Notes under the pieces: generated by a model
Databases searched by the model: none
Told to the model about the DNA's origin: nothing
What the model saw: the letters and a program-made list of their open reading frames with translations, nothing else
Part shown: piece by piece, positions 17,548-25,570 of the stretch
Layout: every line of letters begins with the position of its first letter
How positions within the stretch are numbered: the first letter of the stretch is position 1
Made by a program: the position numbers and the translations under genes
Source of the DNA: Verrucomicrobiota bacterium
Lineage (GTDB): Bacteria; Verrucomicrobiota; Verrucomicrobiia; Palsa-1439
DNA: 58,184 bases
Direction of reading: 5' to 3'
NCBI GenBank assembly: GCA_037146675.1
Contig: JBAWWR010000002.1
Span: forward strand, 1-58,184

Positions 17548-20117
17548 ATAGAAATTATTATGCCCCTGTCTTAAGCGTGCGGAACGCAATGGCCGATCGA
17601 AAACCTCATTGTGGGTCGTTTCAATCTGAGCTCCTAGGGGTGCGAACTGGCTATCCCGTCGTTGGGATTGGCGCGTCGGCGGGCGGGTTCGAGGCCCTCA
17701 AGGCGCTGCTAAAAAACTTGCCGACCAAACCGGGACTGGCGTTGGTGCTGGTGCCACATCTCGATTCGAATGCTGACAGTCGGTTCAGCGTTTTACTCAC
17801 CCGCATCAGCCCCATGCCGGTCCACACGATTACCGATGGCATGGTGGTGGCGCCGGATCATTTGTATGTCAGCCCGCCCAATACCAGTTTGCAGATTGCC
17901 AAAGGCCGGCTGCGGCTGCGGTCGAGCAAGCGCCCGGCCCGGTTACCGATTGATAAATTTCTCGAGTCGTTGGCGAAGGAGTGCGGCCAGCGGGCCATTG
18001 GGGTGATTTTGTCGGGCAATGTGGCGGATGGCGTGCGCGGGTTGCAGGCGATCAAGACGGCCGGCGGAGTGACGCTGGCCCAGGATTTCAAGAGCGCGAA
18101 ACACGATAGCATGCCGCGCGCGGCGGTGGCGGCGGGATGCGTGGATCGTGTGTTATCGCCGGCGAAGATAGCCGGTGAACTCGTGCGGCTGGCTCAGCGT
18201 CCGGAGATGAACCTCGGCACCGGTGCGGTCGCCGCCAAAGGACAAATTGCGAAATTGCGCGCGGAGCTGCACACGACCAACGAGGAGATTCAGCTCAGCA
18301 ACGAGGAATTGCAGCTCGTTAATGCAGATCTGCGGGCGGCCAAGGATGAGTTGCAGATTGCCAATGAGGAATTGCGGAACCGGAACCAGACGCTGGGCCA
18401 GCTCAGCAACGAGATCACCAATTTACTGACCAGCACGCAGATCCCGATCGTGATGATTGATGCGGAGCGGCGCATCCGCCGGTTCACGCCGGTGGCGGAA
18501 ACGATTTTGAACCTGACTCCGGCCGACGTGGGCCGGTCAATCAGCGCGGTGGATCTGGGGATGAGCGGGCCGGGGTTGGACCAGCTCATCACCGCGGCGC
18601 TACTGACGCTCAGCGTCCAAGAACGCGACGTGCAAGACCGGCAGAGCCGGTGGTACACGCTCCGGGTCCGGCCGTACCTGACCGCCGACCACAAGATTGA
18701 CGGCGTGGTAATCGCGTGGCTGGATGTGGACACCCTGAAGCGCAATCTGGCCATGATCGTCGAGTCGCGGGACTTGGCGGAGTCGGTTATTGAGACGGTG
18801 AGCGAACCATTGCTGGTGTTGGCGTCGGACCTGCGCATCGATATTGCGAACCGGGCGTTCTTCGAGAAATTTCACGTCACCAAGTCCGAGACGATTGGCC
18901 GGCGCATCTACGAATTGGGCGCCCGGGAGCTGGACTTGCCGGGCCTGCGCAAGCTGCTGGAAGGCACGGTGACGACGAGCGCGGAGTTCCACGATTATGC
19001 GGTGAAAATCAAAGTCGCGAATCTTGGTCACCGCGATCTATTGCTGGGTGCGCGCCGGCTGATGCGCACGGACCGCGCCACACCATTGATCGTGCTGTCC
19101 ATCGCGGATATCACCGAGCAGAAACAGGCCGCCCGCGCCGAGTTTTCCGATCACGCCATTGTCGGCGTTAATTTGGGTGGCGAGGTCACCAGTTGGAACA
19201 AGGGGGCGGAGCGATTATTTGAGGTCACGGCGGACGCGGCGCTGGGGCAGCCGGTGGCGGCGCTCATTGCGCAGGAACTGGCGGATAATCTGCCGCGCGT
19301 GATGGAACAGTTGCGGCAACGGCAGTCGGGTTTGAAGTATGACGTGGTCCACCACCATCAGGACGGCCGGGTGTTGAATCTCGCGGTCATGGTTTCGCCG
19401 GTCCGAGCGGCGGGCGGCGCCGTCAGCGGCCTGTCGGTCGTGCTGCGCGACATCACCGCGCACCGCCACGCTGAGGCACAGGTCCAGGCGGCGTTGGCGG
19501 AGAAGGATGTCTTGTTGCGGGAGGTTCATTGCCGGGTGAAGAACAACCTCCAACTCATCGTCAGCCTGCTCAATTTGCAAGTCGACAAGTTGGCCGAGGA
19601 TCCGTTGCGACCGGTGTTTGGCAATGTGCGCGACCGGGTGTTTGCGATGGCGCTGGTGCACGATCAGTTGTACCGCGCGGGCAATCTGGCCCAGTTAGAC
19701 TTTGCCGAGTACGCCGGCAGCCTGCTGCGGTATCTCTGGCGCAACCACCACGGCGCGGCGCGGGTGCAGCTCGAGCTGGCGGTCGTGCCGGTCCAGTTGC
19801 CGGTTGATGCGGCGGTGGTGTGCGGATTGATTCTGCACGAACTGGTCAGCAACGCCATCCACCACGCTTTCCCCGATGACCGCAGCGGCACTTTGCTGGT
19901 CGAGCTGAAATATGAGCGCGCGACGGACCGGATCACCCTGCTGGTGCGCGACAATGGCGTGGGCTTGCCGGCGGATCTGGACTGGCAGCAAAGCCCGTCG
20001 CTGGGACTGCATTTGGTCCAGCTCTTGGCCGGCCAACTGCACGGCACGCTGGAAGCCGGCACCGGTCCCGGAACGGAATTCCGACTGACTTTTTCCACTC
20101 CCGAGAAACAGGCATGA
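17544..20117 (+). CDS. CheB-methylesterase-domain / coiled-coil / multi-PAS / HisKA_2-type histidine kinase (no CheR domain)
   Basis: The N-terminus reads VVGIGASAGGFEAL...LVPHL...GNVADGVRGLQAIK (CheB catalytic-domain signatures). It continues with an EELQ-type coiled coil, PAS repeats, the H-box EVHCRVKNNLQ, and a HATPase with VRDNGVGLP. GTGA overlap with the upstream gene. Confidence 0.85.
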   Translation: MNRNYYAPVLSVRNAMADRKPHCGSFQSELLGVRTGYPVVGIGASAGGFEALKALLKNLPTKPGLALVLVPHLDSNADSRFSVLLTRISPMPVHTITDGMVVAPDHLYVSPPNTSLQIAKGRLRLRSSKRPARLPIDKFLESLAKECGQRAIGVILSGNVADGVRGLQAIKTAGGVTLAQDFKSAKHDSMPRAAVAAGCVDRVLSPAKIAGELVRLAQRPEMNLGTGAVAAKGQIAKLRAELHTTNEEIQLSNEELQLVNADLRAAKDELQIANEELRNRNQTLGQLSNEITNLLTSTQIPIVMIDAERRIRRFTPVAETILNLTPADVGRSISAVDLGMSGPGLDQLITAALLTLSVQERDVQDRQSRWYTLRVRPYLTADHKIDGVVIAWLDVDTLKRNLAMIVESRDLAESVIETVSEPLLVLASDLRIDIANRAFFEKFHVTKSETIGRRIYELGARELDLPGLRKLLEGTVTTSAEFHDYAVKIKVANLGHRDLLLGARRLMRTDRATPLIVLSIADITEQKQAARAEFSDHAIVGVNLGGEVTSWNKGAERLFEVTADAALGQPVAALIAQELADNLPRVMEQLRQRQSGLKYDVVHHHQDGRVLNLAVMVSPVRAAGGAVSGLSVVLRDITAHRHAEAQVQAALAEKDVLLREVHCRVKNNLQLIVSLLNLQVDKLAEDPLRPVFGNVRDRVFAMALVHDQLYRAGNLAQLDFAEYAGSLLRYLWRNHHGAARVQLELAVVPVQLPVDAAVVCGLILHELVSNAIHHAFPDDRSGTLLVELKYERATDRITLLVRDNGVGLPADLDWQQSPSLGLHLVQLLAGQLHGTLEAGTGPGTEFRLTFSTPEKQA

Positions 20118-22342
20118 ACAAGCCGGCCATCTTAATTGTTGAAGACGAGGCCATTGTCGCCGCCGATCTCGCCAATAAAATCAAACGCCTGGGTTACGAG
20201 GTCGCCGGCACGGTCGCATCGGCCAATGCCGCCATCGCGCAGGTTATGCAGGAGCGGCCGGCGCTGGTGTTGTTGGACGCGCATTTAACATCCGGGGCGC
20301 TGGATAGCGCAGCGGGCGCCGCAGTGATTCGGGAAGAGATGCAGGTGCCGGTGGTGTTACTGACGGCGCAGTCCGATGCCGGCCCGCTGGAGCGGGCGCG
20401 GGAGACCGGGCCGTTCGCGTATGTTGCGAAGCCGGTCGATCTGCGGGAGCTGCACGTCCAAATTGAGCTGGCGTTGTACAAGCAGGACGCCGACCAGCGC
20501 TTGCGCGAGAGTGAGGCGCGGCTGGTGGGCATCGTCGGTTCGGCGATGGACGCGATCATTTCGGTGGACGAGGCGCAGCGCATTGTGCTGTTTAATGCGG
20601 CCGCCGAGTCGATGTTTGGCGTGACCGCCGCCGCGATGTTCGGCCAGACCTTGGAGCGCTTAGTCCCGGAGCGGCTGCGCCACACGCATGCGGCTAAGTT
20701 GCGCCAGTTCGCCACGACGGACACGGCCACGCGTCCGGCCGGCGCGATTCTGGAACAGACGGCCCGGCGCGCCAATGGCGAGGAATTTCTATTTGAGGCG
20801 TCGATTTCCTATATAGCGACTGCGGGCGGCAAGTTTTCCACCATCATCATGCGCGATATTACGTGGCGCAAGCGGGTGGAAAAGGAATTGAAACAGCTCA
20901 ATGTGACGCTCGAAGAGCGCGTGACCGAGCGCACGGCGGCGTTGCAGGAATCTGAGGCGCGCTTCCGGCAGATGGCGGAGCACGTGCAGGAAATGGTGTG
21001 GCTGACCAATGCCGATGCGACCGAAATTCTTTATGTCAGCCCGGCTTTTGAAACAATCTGGGGGCAGTCCTGTCAGAGTTTGTATAAAAACCCGCGCCTT
21101 TGGATTGAGATGGTGCATCCAGCCGACCGCGTACTGGTGCAGCAGGCCACTGAGACCCAGCGTAGCATCGGCAATGCGTGGCAGGCGGAGTACCGGGTCG
21201 TGCGGCCGGATGGTTCACTGCGGTGGGTGGCTGATCAGGGCCAGGTGATTCGGGACGCGGCCGGCCAAGTCTACCGGATGGCGGGCATCGCCCGGGACAT
21301 CACGGAGCGCAAGGCGGCGGAAGAAGTCCAAGCCCGGCTGGCCGCCATTGTCGAGTCGTCCACGGACGCCATCACCGCGATGGATTTGAATGGCGTGATT
21401 ACCGACTGGACCCAAAGCGCGGAGCGGCTCTATGGCTACACGGCCGCAGAAGCGGTGGGACGACCGGTCAGCCTGATTATTCCGTCGGACCATACGCACG
21501 ACATTCCGCTATTTCTCGAGCACTTGAAAGCGGGCCGCGGCATTGCCGCCCATGAAACCATGCGGATGCGCAAGGACGGGCACCGGTTCCACGCGTCCCT
21601 GTCAATCGCGCCGGTGCGGAACACGGCGGGCCGGGTGGTCGGTTCGGCCGCCATCACCCGCGATATGTCGGAGCGCCGGCGGCTCGAAGGGGAAATCCAA
21701 CGCATCAGCGAAACCGAGAAACAGCAGCTGGGCCGGGACCTGCACGATGGGTTGACCCAGCAGTTGACCGGGGTGCGCTACCTCGCCAGCATATTGAAGG
21801 ACACCTTGAGTAAGCAAGCGTCGCCGGAAGCCGACGCCGCCGCGCAAATCGTGCACGAGCTGACCACCGCCACCCGACAGGCGCGCGACTTGGTGCACGG
21901 ATTGGTGCCGGTCGTGTTGCACAGCGGCGACTTCGTGCCGGCACTGCAGGGAATCGCGGCCAGCGTCAATAATTTGTACAAGATTTCGTGCCGGGTCGTC
22001 GCGCCGCAGGAAATTCACTTGGCGGATGCGGATGCCGCCCGCCAGCTGTACCGGATTGCTCAGGAAGCAATCAATAACGCCGCCAAGCACAGCCAAGGGA
22101 AACGCATCACGGTCCGGCTGGTGACCCAGCGGGGCCGGATCATCCTGACGGTGCGCGATAACGGCGTGGGGTTGCCCGCGAATCATGCCGCCAGCACCGG
22201 GCTGGGGTTGCGCATTCTGAAGTACCGGGCCAACCTTTTGCATGCGAATTTAACGATTGCCCGCGCGCCCCGTGGCGGCACGGTAGTGAAGTGTGAGTTT
22301 GCCAGTCCAATCGCCAACAACGAGTCGAAGAAAAAATCATGA
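20114..22342 (+). CDS. hybrid REC / triple-PAS / HisKA_3 (NarX/DegS-type) histidine kinase
   Basis: N-terminal receiver (ILIVEDE..., LVLLDAHL, YVAKP), three PAS-like segments, the H-box GRDLHDGLTQQL, and a HATPase (VRDNGVGLP...GLGL). ATGA overlap on both sides. Confidence 0.85.
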   Translation: MNKPAILIVEDEAIVAADLANKIKRLGYEVAGTVASANAAIAQVMQERPALVLLDAHLTSGALDSAAGAAVIREEMQVPVVLLTAQSDAGPLERARETGPFAYVAKPVDLRELHVQIELALYKQDADQRLRESEARLVGIVGSAMDAIISVDEAQRIVLFNAAAESMFGVTAAAMFGQTLERLVPERLRHTHAAKLRQFATTDTATRPAGAILEQTARRANGEEFLFEASISYIATAGGKFSTIIMRDITWRKRVEKELKQLNVTLEERVTERTAALQESEARFRQMAEHVQEMVWLTNADATEILYVSPAFETIWGQSCQSLYKNPRLWIEMVHPADRVLVQQATETQRSIGNAWQAEYRVVRPDGSLRWVADQGQVIRDAAGQVYRMAGIARDITERKAAEEVQARLAAIVESSTDAITAMDLNGVITDWTQSAERLYGYTAAEAVGRPVSLIIPSDHTHDIPLFLEHLKAGRGIAAHETMRMRKDGHRFHASLSIAPVRNTAGRVVGSAAITRDMSERRRLEGEIQRISETEKQQLGRDLHDGLTQQLTGVRYLASILKDTLSKQASPEADAAAQIVHELTTATRQARDLVHGLVPVVLHSGDFVPALQGIAASVNNLYKISCRVVAPQEIHLADADAARQLYRIAQEAINNAAKHSQGKRITVRLVTQRGRIILTVRDNGVGLPANHAASTGLGLRILKYRANLLHANLTIARAPRGGTVVKCEFASPIANNESKKKS

Positions 22343-23031
22343 AAGCATTAAAACAGTCGCCGGTCAGCAAGCGGACAATCGTAATCGTGGATGATCATCC
22401 GCTGGTGCGCGAAGGTTTGCGCCGCACCATTGACAGCCAGGCGGATCTGGTGGTCGTCGGCGAAGCCAGCAACGGCAAAGACGCGGTGGGCGTTGTGAAA
22501 AAGTGCCAGCCAGATTTGGTGTTGGTGGACCTCTCCATGCCGGGGCGGGACGGGATTGACCTGACTAAGCAGCTGTGGACGGAATGTCCGAAGTTGCCGA
22601 TCTTGGTGGTCTCGATGCACGACGAATCGGTGTATGCCGAACGGTCGTTACGCGCCGGCGCGCGCGGTTACGTGATGAAAAGCGAGTTGCCGGAAACTCT
22701 CTTGAGCGCCATTCGGCGGATTCTCGCCGGTGAGGTGGCGGTCAGCAATTCGATCGTCACTCAAATGACCAGCAAGATGAGCCGCGGCAACAGCTTGTCC
22801 CCAATGGATCTGCTCAGTGATCGCGAGCTGGAAATTTTCCGCCTATTCGGTGAAGGCAATCCGCGGTCCAAGGTGGCGGGCGACTTGAATCTGAGCGTCA
22901 AGACCATCGAGACGCACCGGGCCAATATTTACAACAAACTCGGCCTGCGCGGGGCAGACGACCTGCGCCGGCACGCCGTGCGCTGGGTCCTCGATGCTAA
23001 CAATGCGCAGCGCGACGAAGCGGCTCAATAA
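22339..23031 (+). CDS. NarL/FixJ-family response regulator (REC + LuxR-type HTH)
   Basis: Contains VIVDDHPLVREGL, LVLVDLSMPG, and the LuxR HTH LSDRELEIFRLFGEGNPRSKVAGDLNLSVKTIETHRANIYNKLG. Confidence 0.9.
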   Translation: MKALKQSPVSKRTIVIVDDHPLVREGLRRTIDSQADLVVVGEASNGKDAVGVVKKCQPDLVLVDLSMPGRDGIDLTKQLWTECPKLPILVVSMHDESVYAERSLRAGARGYVMKSELPETLLSAIRRILAGEVAVSNSIVTQMTSKMSRGNSLSPMDLLSDRELEIFRLFGEGNPRSKVAGDLNLSVKTIETHRANIYNKLGLRGADDLRRHAVRWVLDANNAQRDEAAQ

Positions 23032-23298
23032 GCGGCGCCGAAAAACCGTTTACGAGGGCAACGCTGGCGCGTGGTCGTGAATAGGCAGTGCAACACGGTG
23101 AGGTTATGCCGCGCATTAAGGTGGGAGCGCAGCGATCTAGTTGCACTGCTGAATTCGTAATAACCACGGCCAACGTCCCCTCGCAAAAATTAAGTCGTGT
23201 CAGCCTCAGCTCGCTATTTCTGCGAACCACCCGGTTCGCTTTGCCAGAGGTTGACGTTTCGTTCATTGGCTGACCATCGACTACAAATGCCGCCGGCG

Positions 23299-23329
23299 CA
23301 ATCGGACCACATCCTGATTCTTTTGTAGG
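23299..23329 (-). promoter_or_regulatory. bipartite motif copy f (minus strand): CCTACA-N16-GTCCGATTG, with no annotated downstream gene
   Basis: The reverse complement of 23299-23329 reads CCTACAaaagaatcaggatgtgGTCCGATTG, with the same spacing as the + strand copies. It lies 59 nt from, and divergent to, copy a. Confidence 0.4.
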
Positions 23330-23388
23330 TCAAAAGCCCCACCCCAACCACGCGGTAATGCCGCGTCCGATGCAAGGTCGGACTAGGT

Positions 23389-23419
23389 CCTAGGAAAAAA
23401 ACGGATTCGCGTCCGATTG
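23389..23419 (+). promoter_or_regulatory. bipartite motif copy a: CCTAGG-N16-GTCCGATTG upstream of the ACT/alpha-glucan operon
   Basis: Reads CCTAGGaaaaaaacggattcgcGTCCGATTG and ends 137 nt before ATG 23556. Confidence 0.45.
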
Positions 23420-23555
23420 TACGAGGTAATCGGGACGGGTAGGGTATGACCGTTGCCAGTGAGGCGGTCAGAGTAAACACACAATCTCAAAGGGACTAAT
23501 CGATGCATGGAATTAACAGAACGCGCCGGCAGAATTTCACACGGACGGCGGGAGC

Positions 23556-23963
23556 ATGGTGAGCGCAACTCGGGAAATCGAAGTGCGGGTCCGCATTCCG
23601 CACGGCAAAAATGATGCGACGGATGTGCTGGCGCTGTTGGCGGAACACCAACTCCCGACGGTGACTCGGAGTTACACGACCGACAACACCGGGCTCATGC
23701 TCTTGCTGACCACCAACCAGCCGGAGGAAGTCCAGCGCGTGGTCCGTGCGGCCGGGTATCGGTGCGACTCACACGCGGTGATTTTGGTTGGGCCGACGTC
23801 GGCTCGACCGGGCGCGGCCGCCCGGCTACTGGGAGATCTGAAGCGGCAAGGGGTGAATATTCAGTATTCGTATCTGTCCGCAATCGATCCCGAGCATTGT
23901 TATCTGGTCTTCAAAGCTGCGACCGATGAGCAAATGTTGAAAGCGATGGCGGTGGCGAATTGA
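23556..23963 (+). CDS. small ACT-like regulatory-domain protein (tentative)
   Basis: 135 aa in two beta-alpha-beta-beta-alpha-beta-like halves (IEVRVRIPHGKNDATDVLALLAEH... and VILVGPTSARPGAAARLLGDLKRQGVNIQYS). It is the first gene after motif copy a. The family call is weak. Confidence 0.55.
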   Translation: MVSATREIEVRVRIPHGKNDATDVLALLAEHQLPTVTRSYTTDNTGLMLLLTTNQPEEVQRVVRAAGYRCDSHAVILVGPTSARPGAAARLLGDLKRQGVNIQYSYLSAIDPEHCYLVFKAATDEQMLKAMAVAN

Positions 23964-24006
23964 ACCGGCCGACGCCAGCTGGCTTGGAACTAACAGTTAG
24001 GAATTT

Positions 24007-25167
24007 ATGAAGATTGCGATGTTTACGTGGGAAGCGTTGCACGGGTGGGCGGTTGGCGGCGTGGCGGCGCATGTGACGGAGTTGGCGGCGGCGCAGCACC
24101 GTCAGGGCCACGAGGTGCACGTGTTCACCCGGCCGACCTACGGGACCGGCGGCCTCGCCTGCCACGATGGCGTCTGGTACCACTATTGCCCGCACAAACT
24201 GGCCGACAACTTCGTGGACGAGATTCAGGAAATGAACCGGTCGTTTGTTTGGCACTTCCTGCAACACGAGGATGCGCACGGGCATTACGATGTGGTGCAC
24301 GCGCACGACTGGCTGGCATCCAATGCGATGGTGTGGATCAAGCAAAGCCGGCCCGATCACCGGGCGGTGTTAACCATGCACTCGACCGAGTACGGCCGGT
24401 GCGGCAACAATTTCTACGGCGGCGCCTCGGCGCGCATCAGCGACCACGAGCGCCACGGTACCTACTGCGCCGACCGAGTGGTGGCGGTGAGCCACACGCT
24501 CAAACGCGAAGTGATGTGGATCTACAACCTCCCCGATGCTAAGTGCTGGCCGATCTATAACGGCGTGCCGTACCGGAAGTTCGACGGCTGGCTCGACCCG
24601 AGCGCAATCAAAGCCCGATATGGAATCGGGCCGATGGATCCGACGGTCATGTTTTGCGGCCGGCTGGCGATTCAAAAGGGACCGGATTTGTTGCTGGAGG
24701 CCATCCCCGGCTTGTTGCGGCATTATCCGCAGGCGAAGTTCATCATTGCCGGTGAAGGCCATATGCGCAGCGCCTTGGAGCAGCGCGCCCGGCAGCTGAA
24801 TGTGAACCACGCTATCCGCTGGTTCGGCATGCTGAACAGCCAATTGCACACTGAATTATTCCGCGCCTGCGACGTAGTCTGCGTGCCGAGCCGCAACGAG
24901 CCGTTCGGCATCGTGGTGCTGGAGGCGTGGGCCGCCGGCAAGCCGGTTGTCGCGACTAATCACGGCGGTCCCGGCGAGTTTGTCTGGCACGACGTGAACG
25001 GACTCAAGATTGATCCGACGGTTGAGTCGGTCGGCTGGGGGCTGGGCACGTTGTTCACCAACTGGGAAAAGGCGCGTTGGATGGGGCGCAACGGGCGCCT
25101 CGCCACCGAGACCGCCTTCACTTGGGACAAGATCGCGGACAGCACTCTCGACCTTTACCGGTCATAA
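24007..25167 (+). CDS. GT4/GT5-type alpha-glucan glucosyltransferase (glycogen synthase-like or GlgM-like)
   Basis: MKIAMFTWE...GGVAAHVTELA...GHEVHVFT at the N-terminus and NEPFGIVVLEAWAAGKPVVATNHGGPGEFV (E-x7-E region) at the C-terminus. It is 386 aa and lacks the KTGGL motif of classical bacterial GlgA. Confidence 0.8.
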   Translation: MKIAMFTWEALHGWAVGGVAAHVTELAAAQHRQGHEVHVFTRPTYGTGGLACHDGVWYHYCPHKLADNFVDEIQEMNRSFVWHFLQHEDAHGHYDVVHAHDWLASNAMVWIKQSRPDHRAVLTMHSTEYGRCGNNFYGGASARISDHERHGTYCADRVVAVSHTLKREVMWIYNLPDAKCWPIYNGVPYRKFDGWLDPSAIKARYGIGPMDPTVMFCGRLAIQKGPDLLLEAIPGLLRHYPQAKFIIAGEGHMRSALEQRARQLNVNHAIRWFGMLNSQLHTELFRACDVVCVPSRNEPFGIVVLEAWAAGKPVVATNHGGPGEFVWHDVNGLKIDPTVESVGWGLGTLFTNWEKARWMGRNGRLATETAFTWDKIADSTLDLYRS

Positions 25168-25173
25168 ATCGGA

Positions 25174-25566
25174 ATGAAACCACCAACCAAAACAGGAGCA
25201 GTCGCAATGAAAAAACTGATCGCCAGTAAGAAAACCAGCCAAGCCACCGAGGAATCTGCGAGCTGGGACAACCCGCTTACCGAATTTAAAATCAACCTAG
25301 CCAGTGCGCAAATGGTCGCAGTTGCCGGCACATTCAACGGGTGGGATCCAAGTCGGACGCCGCTGCGCAATGCCGGTGGTGGCGTCTGGCGCGTCTTTCT
25401 GGCACTCAAGCCGGGTAAGCACAAGTACCGCTATGTCGTGGATGGGAAATGGCAGGAGGATCCGGCCGCCAAGGAGTTTGCGACCAATCCGTTTGGCGGG
25501 CATGATTCGGTGCTGACGGTTGCCGTCGCAACGCGCCGGGAAGGGCCGATAGAGCTGGCGGCCTAA
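25174..25566 (+). CDS. stand-alone glycogen-binding CBM48 / AMPK-beta-like domain protein
   Basis: VAVAGTFNGWDPSRTPLRNAGGGVWRVFLALKPGKHKYRYVVDGKWQEDP is the classic CBM48 pattern. There is no signal peptide. Confidence 0.75.
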   Translation: MKPPTKTGAVAMKKLIASKKTSQATEESASWDNPLTEFKINLASAQMVAVAGTFNGWDPSRTPLRNAGGGVWRVFLALKPGKHKYRYVVDGKWQEDPAAKEFATNPFGGHDSVLTVAVATRREGPIELAA

Positions 25567-25570
25567 GGCA

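Noticed and set aside
22997-23266. 89-aa minus-strand ORF as the protein product of orphan motif copy f.
   Set aside because: It has no RBS and an atypical Arg/Ser/Cys-rich composition. It overlaps the 3' end of the convergent regulator gene. A non-coding transcript is the more economical reading.
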